This document shows, piece by piece, positions 1 through 13,369 of a stretch of DNA of 60,000 bases. The notes under the pieces were generated by a model. The model saw only the letters and a program-made list of their open reading frames with translations, was not told where the DNA came from and ran no database searches. The stretch is taken from NCBI GenBank assembly GCA_028534125.1, contig CM052817.1, forward strand, positions 12,340,001 through 12,400,000. The letters are read 5' to 3'. Source of the DNA: Lama glama (lineage: Eukaryota). The translations under genes and the position numbers were made by a program. Each line of letters starts with the position of its first letter. The first letter of the stretch is position 1.

Positions 1-134
1 TCTTTCATAAAAGCCCTAATTCGTCTTCATGACCTGAGCATCTCCCAAAGGGCCCACCTCTGATAGCATCACACTGGGAATTAGATTTCAACATATGGAT
101 TTGAGGGATGGGAGCAAATATTCAGTCTACAGCA
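1..134 (-). mobile_element. MaLR LTR fragment (MLT1A/MLT1A0-like), cut by window edge
   Basis: catgacct..cccaaagggcccacctc..catcacactggg..atttcaacatatg..attcagtctacagca matches the reverse complement of the MLT1A-family LTR 5' end as recalled. Confidence 0.8.
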
Positions 135-699
135 GAGGGCTAATTAAAATATATCCGAATAATTCCACATGTCTGATTATATATGTAGAGATACAAAGTA
201 GTATAGGAATTAGATGACTAAAAGGGTGGATGACAACTGGATGGGAAAGGAGAACCAGAGACTTAACGTGAAAGGCATAGTTAAAGAAGAGTATTAACAG
301 GTGATTAAGGAAGAATAGTTTGAAGTCCAGGTGTACAATTCACATGCATTCCTGCATGGTCCTCGTAAGATACCACCATGCTTCTTATGGCTGTATCCTT
401 CCCACATCATAAAAGCATGAAATAATCCCAGACATAGAGTAAATAGTATATAAGATGGTATAGCTTGTGAATTACATAGACAACTCGATTGTTAAGGCCA
501 GTCAACTCTTATGAAACCAACGGGCCTGCCTAGTAAAATTCATTTGTTGTTGTCATATGTGGTGGTTCTTACATATAAAGGGAAATTGCACAGACAAAAA
601 TTATATTTTTTCTCATGGAAAAAATTACTTATTAATCCAATGAAAATTATCCTAAACATGTCACACAAGTCAGAAGAATCCTCACATCAAGCGTAAGGT

Positions 700-897
700 A
701 AGATACTTGGAATTACAAAATCTGATTTCAAATCCAGGCCCACCATTTTTTACCTACGCGTGTAGGTTATTTGCCCTTTCTTAGCCTCTGTTTCACTATT
801 ACTAAAGTAGCAATCATAACCTTTACCTCAATGGTTAGGTGCAAATTAAGTAAGATTAAGTTTCATTAAATGCTTAGCAAATTTCAGAAACTTGGTG
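700..897 (+). mobile_element. MIR SINE, degraded
   Basis: ttcaaatccaggc..agcctctgtttcact..aatcataacctttacctca..aaatgcttagca resembles MIR core and tail. Confidence 0.65.
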
Positions 898-900
898 TTT

Positions 901-1206
901 ATGAACTTACTTACAAAACAGAAGAAGGATCACAGACATAGAAAACAAACTTAAGATTACCAGGGGGAAAAGGGATAGGAAGGGGTAAATTAGGAGTTAA
1001 AGATTTGCAGATACTAACTTCTACATATAAAATAGATAAATAAGTTTCTTCTGTATAGCACAGAGAACTGCATTCAATATCTCATAGTAACCTATAATGA
1101 AAGAGAATATGAAAACAAATAAATGTATTTTCAGGTATGACTGAAACATTATGCTGTACACCAGAAATTGACACAATGTTGTAAACTGACTATACTACAA
1201 TAAAAA
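901..1206 (+). mobile_element. Lineage-specific LINE-1 3' UTR, 5'-truncated (cetartiodactyl/camelid type)
   Basis: atgaacttacttacaaaacagaa..cacagacatagaaaacaaactta, G-rich tract, ctgtatagcacagagaact, tgctgtacaccagaaattgacaca..actgactatactacaataaaaa. Confidence 0.9.
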
Positions 1207-1219
1207 TGTAGCTTCTTTA

Positions 1220-1700
1220 ATATCAGTTACATTGTCTTCATTTCCAGCTAATAGACATTTCTAACTCAAACTAACTTAAAGATTAAAGAAATTTCTTATT
1301 ATGTATAACAAAAAGCCCAGGAAAACACATTTTAACTTGGATCCTTAGAGGACCAGATTCTGTCTTTCTACACTGACATTCTTAATGAATTGTTTTTGTA
1401 TGCTGTCAGGTTAGCCTTGATTACTCTCATGGCCCAATAGGGCTGCACCAGTTCCAGACATCACATGTAGACAGAGTAATGGCTGGAGGCATAAAGTGAC
1501 TGTCTTTCCCAGCACCTCATTTTTTTTTAATAGATACGTATTTTTCTAGATTAAACCTAATATCTGTATTTCCTTTCTCTTTGGCAAAAATGAGACATAT
1601 GCATGCCTATAAGTTATCTGCCAGGAAGAAGATGGGATTATTTTTATCAGTATGAGTAATTCACTTGGGATGGAGTGGATTTTGAGGAGTCAAAAAACAT
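1220..1700 (-). mobile_element. MaLR LTR (MLT1J/K-like), degraded
   Basis: ctaactcaaactaacttaaag..ataacaaaaagcccagg..ttggatcc..cagttccagacatcacatg resemble old MLT1 LTR motifs. Confidence 0.55.
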
Positions 1701-4700
1701 CACTATTGTCAAGTATGATTTTCTCGTTTGAATTTTTAATTTTATTTCATAAACCTGGAAGCCAGGATTAAATTAAATTTTTTAAAAAGTAGTCTAATAA
1801 GAGGAAACATTTGGTGATGAAATATTTTTCAAATACATGTGAATCCTATTGAAGTATTTGTTTCTATCCAATAAAAATAGTCAATTATGCTTATTCAATG
1901 GAGAAAAATACTCTTAGCATCATAGAATTTAGGCAAGCACTAAAAGATAAAAAAAAATCAAGTTGAATCTTGCAAATAAGTCTAAATAAATTACAACAGA
2001 TGGACTACCTCTCTGTCTCTCTTTCAAAACTACTTTGCAAAAAACTCCATGTACTCCTCTGTGTGTTTTTTGTGTATTTTCCATAGGTTCTCCACCATAT
2101 ATGTATTTGATTTTTATGAAGTAGTGTTCTGTACCATGAAATTGCATTTAACCAGAGATGAAATATGCATTTTGATTTGATCCCCAAAGAGACTTGACAT
2201 CATTTAAGGTCCAAATATGGGTTCAGTAAGTTCTAGCAGCATCTCAGGAGCAGAGACTTGCATGTCATTTACTCACATTCTTTGTTCCCTTTGCCCTTTT
2301 TATAAATCTTTAATGTTACAAGAAAACTTTACCACAAGACATTGCATAGGCAATCATAATTTCGTAGAGGCATTATGATCTTAAAATACTACTTCCAATA
2401 AATATATGAAGTTCTGTGAAGAATTTGACCTTTTGTGAGGAAAAAGCAGAATACAAAAAGCCAGAATGGTTTCTCTTGGATCTTAACATATTGGCCTATT
2501 TTTACCAGATGTTTTTATTTTAGTGATTTTTTTTTTTGGTTCCACATAAATGACAATATTTTTTCTCCAACTGTAAAAGAATGAATATTCATGGAAAAAA
2601 ATAAGTTGTGAAACATTACATTTGGCATTTCTACTCAGTGCCAAGATTTAGTGATGTGGTGGGAAAGTTGCAAATTATTAATGTGTTCATTCCATTGAAT
2701 GACCATAAGGTTTTCCTTTTATGGATGAAATGTTCCCATCCCAATTTTATCTTTAAGTTTTTTTTTTTTCCTGCAATGTGCCTCTATAAACCACATAACC
2801 CACCCAAAACAGCTAATGATTTACATACTCCCCAGATGTTTAAAACCATGTAGGAAAAAAAACAGGCTAGCAAGACTAAACAATTAAATCACTAGTATTG
2901 TGACCAAGACACTCATCGGAAGGCTTTTGTATTTCCTGGTAGCTTATATTTCAGGATTGTAAATTAATATTACAGCTCCTTATAACTCAGGATACGCCAT
3001 GACATTTTGAAATCACTGAACCAATGCTGGTTTATACGTATTCAGATAGAGCTGTAGTTAAAATAATCAGGTGTCATAGAAGGAAAAATAAATTGCAAGC
3101 GTAATGGTACTATGGGCCTAGACTATAGCAAACGTGAGGATTATTAATCATCTATTACATTTTCACGCTATCACATCAAAAGGATCGAGGGAGTAAAAAT
3201 TATCTGAAATTTTAGACTTGATTAGATATATATCTGGTATTTAAAAATTGATATTAAGACAAATTTTCAGTATGTTTACTCGATCCAGTTTAAGATCACA
3301 GATATCCATAATTTTCTTGTTGTAGTAGTGCTAACTGTAATTTGATAGGGGGAGACAGAAGACAGTAGTAAGTGAGGGTGACAAGTGAAGCCTAATTAAT
3401 TTTCCAAAAGTAAATCACAGAGGATGATATTATGTTTGTGCCTTCAAACATTCATGTTAGCGTTGCAGCATCCAGAAGTATTGGACTGTGTGACTCATAG
3501 TAATTCAACACATAAGAAAAGAGAGCCAAGTACACCAACTTCCAGTAAATTCACTTCAAAAGGGGACGTTCCTTCCCAATGACCAGAATTATTCTCTCTC
3601 TCATCCAGGGAATACCCATTCTAGCCTATAGTTCTTGGGAAACTGGACTACTAGTATTTGGAATGTTGCTTGGAGAACACAGAGACAAAGCAAAAGCAAG
3701 TGGTGAGTTTGGCCAGAATGAGTGGGTTTCATTATAAGGTGACCGGAAACGAAGTCTCCTTTGAGATCACTGCTGGGGCTGGATGTACTTGTTCACAGTG
3801 AGGTTCTGACATCATTCTCTAGCTCTTCCAGCCAACTGTATCTTTTAATTCAGTCTTTCTCCAATATAAATCATTAGTTTGCCACTTTTAAATTTACATC
3901 ACAGTCCAGTTATGCCATTTAAATTATTTCTACAGCATCTACAGTGGTGTTTTGGATGTGCCCAGCGGTTTAAACCACACATTTACAATCTCAGGTTATC
4001 ATCAGATTTATCTGATAATATTCAAAGTCCTGGAGAGTCACTTTGTTTGTTGGTTTACTTGTTTGATTGTTTCTTACTTATTTATTTATTTCTTGTAAGG
4101 TACCTACCCCAAGATTATCATCTTTCTTTTTCTCTTTGAAACCACCCATTTACTTTTTCTCCATGCTGTATTTCTCTTTTTTTCCGATGTCTAGTTCTTA
4201 ATAGTAGTGCTGCTGATGATAATTAAGATCTACTGCCTAATTACTAGTAACTCAAATGTCACAGCCAGGATCTGAAGTCATGTTTGTATAATGTCTGTTA
4301 ATTGGTCATTGAATAAACAAAAGCAAGCAAAATTGCCATTAAACCTATAATTATAAATAAAAATAAATAATCATAGTAAATGGTAAATATGACAAGAGTT
4401 AAATAAATATTTCTCTAATAAAATAAACATAAACAAGTAATAAATTCACAATGAAAGTGTCACTCGTTGCCTCTTTCATCTTTAGCTGAAATTCCCAAAT
4501 GCTAAGCAACTTCAGGGAATAGTGTATAGGATCAGAAAACTGCACTATTGGCCCCACAATAATAGTATGATTTGGTCCTTTTTTGTCTCTCAGTGATATT
4601 TTCAGCCATCTCTTACTGAATCAATTACTCCACATAAGTTTTATTTCAAATCTCTTACTCTTTTTGAGCCCCCAGCTCTTCAAATTAAAAGATAATCTTG

Positions 4701-5200
4701 ATCTTATTTATTACTCATGCAGGTACAAATGAATGAGTGGTTAATCGCCACCTAACTGCTTATATTCCACCTAGAACTTTTGCAACAAATGAATCTTCAC
4801 CTTAGAGTCATGAAATAATTTAATCTCTTTGAACCAAAGAAAGTGTACTTTTCAGAAATGACGATGAAAAGAAACAGTCCAGAATACTGAAACTAGACAA
4901 GTAAAATCATATTTTTTAAAAAAGGAGATGAAGAGAGATTACAAAATATAAAATAGGAAGTTCATTACCAAATCTAGGCAAAAGTGATAATAGATATTAT
5001 GAATTTTACTTTATATGTAATTGCATAGGTAAAATTATTTATTTTACATATAGATTTTACATAATAACATTTTAAATTTATTAAGATTATGTATGATAGT
5101 AAAATATACCAAATTTGAAAAATACAGTAAGGTTTAAAGCCAAAAAATAAATAAGTAAATAAATAAATAAATAACATAAAAACCCCATCTCCCATCTCAC

Positions 5201-5703
5201 TGTGGTAGATTTGTCCAGAATCCTTTACTCACAGCTCTCCCTTGCCATTGTCATCTTGCAGAATAAACTTTTCCAGACCACTGACTTTGGACTTCTTCAT
5301 GTGACTAGTTTTGGTCAATAAAATATACATGACTTGGTTATGATGCTTACAAGGAAGTTTTAGAAGCACTGTGGGTTCTTGACAGTCTTCTTGCATTCTT
5401 GGAGTGCATACTGGGCAGCATCATTGGAATCATGTTGCCCTCTTGTGTTATTGCCCTCCACCAAAGGAACACCCAGAAAGTGCTCTTTCAGAGGAGACCT
5501 AAATCTGATCTGCAGACTGAAGCCAAGCTCAGTGGAGACCAACTAAGATCAGCAGGACTGTGGATACTCTGGGATTCTCTGAAGTGTGATATTCAACCTT
5601 CATACAGTGTGAGTAAGAAATACATACTTCTTGTTGTATATGTCGCTAAGGCAATTTGTGTTTGTTTTTATTGCACATATGCTAGTGAATGCCGACTAAT
5701 ACA
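5201..5703 (+). mobile_element. MaLR LTR (MLT1I/J-like)
   Basis: Starts tgtggtag; contains actgactttgg..catgtgactagttttggtcaata; ends gtgagtaagaaata..gactaataca (MLT1-type 3' end). Confidence 0.75.
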
Positions 5704-5849
5704 TGTTTTATCCCATCTGCTTGTTCCTGCCCTAATTGGGCAGGGAGGAGAAAATCTTGGTAAAATATTTTCATGTATTTTTATACAGAAATTGTATTGC
5801 TTAAATCTCTTATTGCCTAGTTGAGGTAATATCCTGAAATACAATTTTC

Positions 5850-6290
5850 TAGTGTGATATTTTAATTTAACATTGTCCATGATAGGATAATTTCATATAG
5901 CATATTTGTAAATGATGAATACTATTCCATCATATAAAAACTCCAATTTAATTACTTTATTACTAGACCACTATGTTGTTCCGATTCATAAACGACACTG
6001 GGATGAGCACCTTTGATCTTAAACTTGTATTTTATTATAGATAGTAAGGATGTGAGAGTTTCCTAGAATGGAATTCATTTGTCAAAACAAATATATATGC
6101 TAAGTTAACCCTGCTGATGCTCATTGTTTCTGTCATCCAGAAATTTTGAATCATTTTACCCTTCCATCACCAGTATATGAAATTTCAATTTTTGTTATAC
6201 TCTTATCAGTGTTAAGAATTGAAATGCCTGAACATTTCTTAATTGTATAGGCATAAATGACATCTTGTTTTAATTGTGATTGGAATTTAA
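5850..6290 (-). mobile_element. Ancient L1 (L1ME-like) fragment
   Basis: gatgaatactattccat, tttcctagaatggaatt, ccatcaccagtatatga, catcttgttttaattg are typical antisense L1ME motifs. Confidence 0.6.
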
Positions 6291-6557
6291 TTTTAAAATA
6301 CTGAATTACACGCATTAAACGAGAAAGGACTGCTCATCAGGAGTCAGGCTGGGATAACAGTGAACAGTTTATGTCACATTAATATACACACTGACATTGT
6401 TTACTTTGCAAGACAGCATCAAAGAAATGGTATGCAAGGGATTTCTGGAGACATAATGCATTGACATTTTGAAAAATCATTTTTCAGAGCTCTTTGTGAA
6501 TGAAATTGAGATGTACTTACGAATATTAAAAATAGATGCATTTGTAATAGGTTGAAG

Positions 6558-6756
6558 TAGTGATTTGGGTGTGGTTCCACCAAAGACTGCAAAAATTTTG
6601 AAAATCTACTTTGAGTTGTTACAATGATTTAAAGATGCCATAGGCACTTGGTAGATGGGGGCTCGGGACGAGGCATTTCTTATATTGCATAGGATGGTTC
6701 TTCACAAAAGAAGGTTGCCCACAATGCTGGAAACAATTTTCCTTGAGAATCATTTG
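6558..6756. mobile_element. hAT-Charlie MITE (MER20-like), degraded
   Basis: ttgttacaatga..ggcacttggtag..gggggctcgggacg..ttgcataggat..cacaaaagaag..ttgagaatcatt follows the MER20/MER20B consensus as recalled. Confidence 0.55.
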
Positions 6757-6864
6757 ACTACAGGATACAAATAATGACTTAGACGAGCTCTATAAGATCT
6801 GTGATAAGACTTTTTCCCCCTGGTTTGTGCCTTTTCCTCTTTCTTCCCTTCTGTCTCTCCCTCT

Positions 6865-6896
6865 ACACACACAGGTGCACACACACACACACACAC
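6865..6896. repeat. (CA)n microsatellite, interrupted
   Basis: acacacacaggtgcacacacacacacacacac seen directly. Confidence 0.95.
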
Positions 6897-7039
6897 GTTT
6901 ATTCACGAATTCATTTAATGATTTGAGTGGGAAAACACTGTCACAAAGCTCAAACTCATAAGGAGAAAACTTTAAGATAGAAAGAAAGAAACCAATGTCC
7001 TGGATGACAAAACAGATTCCAAAAATATTATAAAAGACC

Positions 7040-7488
7040 AACCACTGAAAGTATTTTAAACAGGAAAGAAGTTAAAACAGGAATAATCACCTAAGCAACA
7101 ATCCAATCAGAGGTGCTGTGGGAGCAGGAGTCAGTGAGAGCCTGTTGACGTACCGGAAGTCAGGAGGTGCTGAAATTGACTTCAGGCACTGTCAGTGATC
7201 TCAAGAAGCAGGTTGTGTGAAGATGTTTGCTCAGAATTGCTTGAAAAGTTTTCTTCTGCCCTCTGCCCACCTTTCTACCAGCTCCTGCCGTAGAAAAGTG
7301 GCAATGGTTTCTCTTCTTCTCTATAGTCTACATCTCACATGAGTGCCTCTTACAGGCAGACCCTAAGCTACAGCTCAACTCGCCAGGAAGTCAGGGAAAT
7401 GTAGTTTTCAGGTTTCAAGCCCCTGTGATGCCATGAGAATATAGAAGGGGAGGGAATGGTACCGAGCTATCAGTAGTCAATCTGACAC
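7040..7488 (-). mobile_element. Old ERVL LTR (LTR33/LTR40/LTR50-like)
   Basis: ggcagaccctaag..caggaagtcagggaaatgtagttttcagg motif characteristic of this LTR group. Confidence 0.55.
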
Positions 7489-8384
7489 ATCAGGCAAGAT
7501 TTCCAAACTGTGTTTTTACTTTTTATTTTGCTCTTTGAAACACAGTATTACCACACCATCTGCTGAACTTGTTTCTGTTCCTTAACTGCAGGAAATAAGA
7601 AATGTCAGAGATAGGTTCTAGATAGAATACAGTTCCTGGGATCTAGATATGTTGGTGGTATGGCTAAGATGTGGAAACCAGTGTAGGAACTAGCTCCCGA
7701 AATCCCTGATTTCAGTAACATCAATCACATGAGGACCTATTTAGAAAACTGTGGAATGTGCTTTGTCTGAGAAAAAGTCAAAGCCCCAGAACATGCCTAG
7801 TATTATCAGCAGATACCAGGAACAAGATTAAATTAGCCGGCATTACTTGTCAGAAGAAAGTGAAATCCACGGGAAGCATGTAAAGTGAGAACTGCAGACG
7901 TGAGCAGCAGAGGGCTTATGTGTACATGGAGTGGGCAGGAGGACCTTTCGAGGTAAAGGGAAGTCCTCGGGAAAATGAAGGAGGTACCGGGACATGCGGA
8001 GATAATGATGCTGGATGCAGTACTACAACCATAGCTGTCCTTTGTTGTAAGTCACTCCCTGTGTGACTCTGTCACTCCATGATTATAAAGATGTGGTGTA
8101 GGACTTCTAATAATGTCCCTTCCATTTTCCCAATATTCTAGTGTTTTTTTAAATTAATGCATTCTTTACCCCATCTCTCATGGACAAATCACATTCTTTC
8201 CCTAAAACAACTCCAAATTCTGCTCTTCAAAATCCAGCATGTGCTGAGTGGCATTTGCTAAAAATACAAAATAATCTCCATATTGCATCTCCAAATGACT
8301 CTATGAACCACGACATAGGTCAAGATTATAAGGCGGGAAGAGATATCAATGCATTCACAAATTCTGATTTCTTACGTTTTAGAC

Positions 8385-8717
8385 TAATGGCTGGCGAAGC
8401 GTTTCTGTAAATGTCCAGAAAGTAAATACTTCAGGTTTGTGGTGTCGTATTTTCTCCTGCAACTACTCAGCTCTGCTGTTGCTGTCTATGCAGCAGCCAC
8501 AGACAACACATAAATGGATTGACATGGGTATGTTCTATAAGAAATTTTTAATTGAGAATAAAATTAAAATTTCCTATAATGTTCATGTATCACAATATTA
8601 TTATTATTTTGATTTTTTCAATCATTTAGAAAGGGAAAAACCATTCTTATCTCTCAGACTGTACAAAACAGGTTATAGGCTGGATTAGGCCAATGAGCCG
8701 TAGTTCGCCGATACCTG
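8385..8717. mobile_element. MER58B hAT-Charlie MITE
   Basis: ttctgtaaa..gcaactactcagctctgc..gcagccacagacaac..ggctggattaggcc..tagttcgccgatacctg; degenerate TIRs; 8-bp flanks ttttagac/ccctagac. Confidence 0.85.
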
Positions 8718-8725
8718 CCCTAGAC

Positions 8726-9267
8726 CTACACTGTCCAGTATAGTATCTAATAGCCATATATGGTTATTGATCATTTGACATGTAGCCAGTGTGGACTAAA
8801 GGATTAAATTAGGTATTAAATTTTTACTTTTTACTTTAAATTTCAAAAAGGAAGGATACTCAATTTAGTTATAAAGTTTTAAGTGTGCTTAAAACAACCT
8901 GGGTATGTAAATGTACTTTCTAATTGCAAATTTTATGAAATATAAATAGCAATTGAGTATTTTTTATTAAAATTTAACATCTGAATTTAAACATTGCTGG
9001 AAGTATATTAAATACACATCAGACTTTGAAGACTTGGTACGGAAGAAAATGTAGAACGTCATTAGTAATTTTACATTGAATACATGTCAAAATGATATTC
9101 TTTTGAACATATTGGTCTAATTCAATTTGTCTAATTGAATAAATTTGTCTAACTAAAATATATTATGAAAGGTGCTTTTATCTGTTTCTTTTTACATTAT
9201 AATGTGGCTACTAGAAAATTTACAATTACATATGTGGCTCACGTTTTATTTCTATTGGACTAAACTA
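8726..9267. mobile_element. Charlie1b/MER33-like hAT DNA element (~540 bp)
   Basis: TIR-like ends ctacactgtccagta ... tattggactaaacta; aatgtggctactagaaaattt..acatatgtggctcac; acaacctgggtatgtaa internal segment. Confidence 0.85.
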
Positions 9268-9275
9268 CTCTAGAT

Positions 9276-9658
9276 ATACAGCTAGGTTACATTTCCTGGT
9301 GTCTTTTGCAACTTGGTGGGACTATGAGTTCAAGTTGAAAGAGTGTGGGAAGAAGTGGAATAGAACACATCTAAGCTTAGATCATCAATATTTCCATGCT
9401 TTCTCTCTTCACCCGCATGCCGACTGAATGCAGAGAACTCAGAAGAAAACGAGGAAGCTTTAGAGAATGCTGCACAAAAACGTGGAGGGAACCTGAGTCC
9501 CGAGCGACTGCTTAGGGGCCAGCTGGCCCAGAGAGCCACCAGGTCCAATAACCCTGCTTTGAACGACAGTGAGAGCAGGATATAAACTTTAATGGTGCTA
9601 AGCCACTAATCATAATCTATTGTCTTTTGTAGTAAGTATTCTGCCCTTAAAAGAATAC
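9276..9658 (+). mobile_element. ERVL LTR (LTR16C-like)
   Basis: acagctaggttacatttcc..ggaacctgagtccc..gatataaacttt..taagccact..aatac resembles LTR16; its 5' end may lie at ~8335-8384, before the hAT insertions. Confidence 0.7.
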
Positions 9659-9704
9659 CCCATGGAGCCAGGATAGGGTACAAGGGATATATGTATCTTT
9701 CTTC

Positions 9705-11560
9705 TTTCAACAACTGGAATACTAGACACACCATATAAGACAACTACTTTTTAAATGTGGAAAGCTGGAGGCATTGGACTGTGATCTCTGAAAAGGAAAA
9801 CAAACACATGAAGTCCTATGTTTAAGGGAGAGAGAGAACTCTAGAAACTTGTAGAGAGATCCCCTTGACACCCTGACTTATATTGATCAGTGAATGTGTG
9901 AAAGGAAACTGTCAGAGACCTGGGGGAAGCCACCTAAAAGGAGGAAAGAGAATAAATTCTAGTGCCATGATGTGAGCTGGGAAAACTTGTGTTTCCATCA
10001 TCCGTAGAGGAAGGATAAGATATAAAGTAAATGATATATGGTGTAGAATCCTCACAAGGGTATAGCCTTGGTTGAGAGGTTAACGTAGCCCTAGAATAAA
10101 TGCTGCTGTGGACCAATCTGAAAGCCTTGAAATAGTCAAGCTAATTCTAAGAAATCTACTTGTGTACAGAAAACCCCGCCATTTAAAGGAATAAGAAATA
10201 TCCATCAACTAACAAAAAAGTTATAATTCCAGCAAACAATAAAAATTATCAGGTATACAAAGGGGCAGGAAAATGTGACCCATTCAGTGAAAAGAAATAC
10301 TCAATAAAAGCAAACCTGGAAATGCAATAAGGATGGGACTAGAAAATATAGACGTTATGACAACTGTCATTAGATGAAGAGGAATGAATTGGGAGTTTTG
10401 GATTTGTAGATACTAACTACTATATTATATAACAGATAAACAACACAGTCTTATTGTATAGCAAGGCAGCTATACTCAATATCTTGTAGTAACCTATAAT
10501 GAAAAAATTATGGAAAAGAATATATATGTGTGTGTAACTGAGTCATTATGTTGTATACCAGAGACTAATACAACATTGTAAATCAACTAAATTTCAATTT
10601 AAAAAAATACTGCATACATTTAATAAGGTAGAGGAAAACATGATCATGATAAGGTGAGAAATGGAAGGTATAAAAAATATCCAATCAGAAAATCTAGAGA
10701 TGAAAATTATCAAAAATGATAAATACACTGGATGTGATTTATCACAGATTAGATACAGCAGAAAAATGTCAGTTCACTTGAAGACATATCAATAAAAACC
10801 ATCCAAAATAAGACAGAGAGAGGGAAAAAATTAAAAACCCTGAGCAGCAGCAAGCTCAGGCAGTAACCAGAATACTTGTAGTTCAAGAAGACGGGGGATG
10901 ACATACAGAATAACAATTTTTTAAATCCAAAGGCACATCATATACAAATTACTGAAAATAAGTTACAGAGAAATTCTGTAGACATACATAGCTTAAAAGC
11001 AAAAGTACCAAAGAAAAGATGTACCACTCAGATAGCAATAAGAACACATGGCTGACTGAAGTGGTTAATAAGAATTAAATTACATTTCAGAACAAGAAAT
11101 ATTGCCAGGAATAAAGAGGAACATTTATGATGATAAATCGATCATTTCATTAAGAGGGTATAACAGCTGTAATTGTGTTTGCTTCAAACAACATGACAGA
11201 ACTTGAGAAGAAAAAAGAGAGAAAGACAAAATCCATGGGTATAGTACATGCAGAAGAAATACATAGAAAATCAGCAAAGATTTTATAGACTTGAACACAA
11301 CTATTAAATAAAACTCCACTCAACAACAGAATACATATTCTTCTGAAGTATACACGGGATACTCAATGGATAGATCTCATTCTGAACCAACACCAAGTCT
11401 GAAAACATTTAAAAAGATTAATCACGTGAGGTATGTTCTCTTTCCACCATGGATTCATTAGAAATCAACAGCAGAAATATATCTGTTAAATATTTGGAAT
11501 TTCACGATAGACTGCTAAACAGCCCATGAGTCAAAAATGACATCTCAAAGGAAATTAGAT
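9705..11560 (+). mobile_element. Ancient L1 (L1MC/L1MD-like) 5' region with degraded ORF1/ORF2 pieces
   Basis: ggactgtgatctctgaaaaggaaaacaaa, gaggttaacgtagccctaga, gcaggaaaatgtgaccca, gttcacttgaagacatatcaata, cagaatacatattcttctgaag; interrupted by a younger L1 at 10371-10607. Confidence 0.75.
10371..10607 (+). mobile_element. Lineage-specific LINE-1 3' UTR nested in the older L1
   Basis: ttgggagttttggatttgtagatactaactact..tgtagtaacctataatgaaaaa..cattgtaaatcaact..aaaaaaa; similar to 901-1206. Confidence 0.88.
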
Positions 11561-11579
11561 TGGAGAGGTGGTAAGACTC

Positions 11580-12010
11580 TCCCTAGTTTCAAGGATAGGC
11601 AGGCGAAGTGGCCCTAAACTAATCTTTATACCATTATTGTATAATCAGTCATTGATTCAGAAAAGATTACATGAAAAAAGTTTATTCAGTCTGACATAAT
11701 CATGGGTATTGTCCTGGCGAGAGTAGAAAGGTGACTCCTTCCTTTTGCAGGTGCCATGTTGATCCTGCCCTCATGTTATCTTGAGAAGAAAGCCGCCTGA
11801 AAAGAGAGACGATCTCAGGAAATGAGGGCCAAGAGATAGAGGAAAACAAGAGAGCTCTGATGATACTGTCTGAATTAATAAAATTCAGCAAAATCTGAAA
11901 CTAGGACTAATTTTCATATCTGCAGTTGTAGAAGTCAACAGAATTCCCTATTTTTAAGCCAGTACAAATTGGGTTTTTGCCTTTGCATCAGAAAAAGTCC
12001 AAAGTAATAT
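11580..12010 (+). mobile_element. MaLR LTR (MLT1K-like)
   Basis: agagctctgatgatactgtctga..ttttaagccagt..ttgggtttttgcctttgca..aaaaagtcc..taata resembles an MLT1K-type 3' end. Confidence 0.6.
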
Positions 12011-13369
12011 ATTCATCAAACCACTCCTCTTTTGTGTCTCTCCTTATAGGAGCCTTATTCTCTAGCATTGCCTTTCAAAAACACATATGGCAAAACACTA
12101 AGATTCAAAATGCAGATGGAATGAGTATTCTACCTACTTTCTCTGACCTGCATCTTGGGTCTCTAATTAAAAACATGGAGGGACTGGTGGCCAGGAGACA
12201 TGGGCAAGAGGTTAATTTCTTCATTGGCCAGACTTCTGTGGTTCAAAGCTCAATATCACTAGAAACTGAGCCCTGTTGCAAAAGCAATTATCATTTGTTT
12301 CTTATTAGTTACATTTTCCAACCAAATCATCTGTGCCGCAGAACAACAGTCAAGTGTCCCCGATGAGTAGCCACTAGGTTTTACTTTTTAATGCTTTTAT
12401 GGGTTTAAATATAATTCCTTTGCTAACTACAGGATATTTCCTTTAATTTATTTGATTAAGCAAGCCAGGAATTGGAAAGATGTTTCCTAACTTCCTTTCT
12501 GATGAATAATAAATGTCACTAAGGAATTGAAGAGTAGGAGGTTGTTGCCGGGGCCATCTGCTGCATGTGGGAACAGAAGAAAGATATTAAACTTTAAATT
12601 AGGTATTGCTTCACAGAACCTAAAAGATGAAAGAAAACATACACTAAACTGGAAGAGAATCATCAATTCCTACAAGTCAACTTGCTTCTTTGAAAGTATA
12701 AAAGCATAGTTATCTCTTTTACTTCTTAGTTGATGTGCTTTGTATTAGCTGAATTTGGAAGATCAGTAATTAGCACAACTTTTCTTCAGTTTGGTGTATC
12801 TTCAAATTTCTACAAATAAACGTATCATTTAAAAAAAGTATACATCTGATGGACCTCTATGAAAAAAGAAAAATACTATTTTTTGGACACATGTAACATG
12901 AAACAGTCTCATTTCCATGGCAACTATATCATAGGCCAAAGGAGAGAAATAGAACATGTGTGGACAAGTACATTTACTTCAGAAATTATTCACCAGGTTT
13001 TGATCACCAGCATAACAGTCAATTGTAATGAAGAAAGGCCCTCTTCATTTTTCTATGTAACTATTTATAAGAAAGCAATGTATAACTATGTCTGATTTCT
13101 GATCTTTTAATATTATTTCTGTTTAAACAAGTTGAGGAGAAATTGATTTTTATGTGAGGAGTGTAAATACTGGAAAGGATGCTACAGAAATAATTTAGTG
13201 TAGTTGTTAATAGCATAGCTACAAAGTCAAGCAAAGAGTTTAGATTAAGATTGTATAGACACTTGGACAAGTTACTTGACTTTTTTACCTCTAAATTATT
13301 CATCTTTATAATGGATAAATATTACAAATTTCCCCTAATATACACATTAGGAAAAATAATGTACACATT

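Noticed and set aside
5399..5824. Longest ORF in the track (141 aa)
   Set aside because: Lies mostly within an MLT1 LTR, has a non-ATG start and no recognisable domain
12619..12637. Minus-strand acceptor-like ttttctttcatcttttAG|G
   Set aside because: No convincing downstream donor or reading frame; isolated acceptors are common
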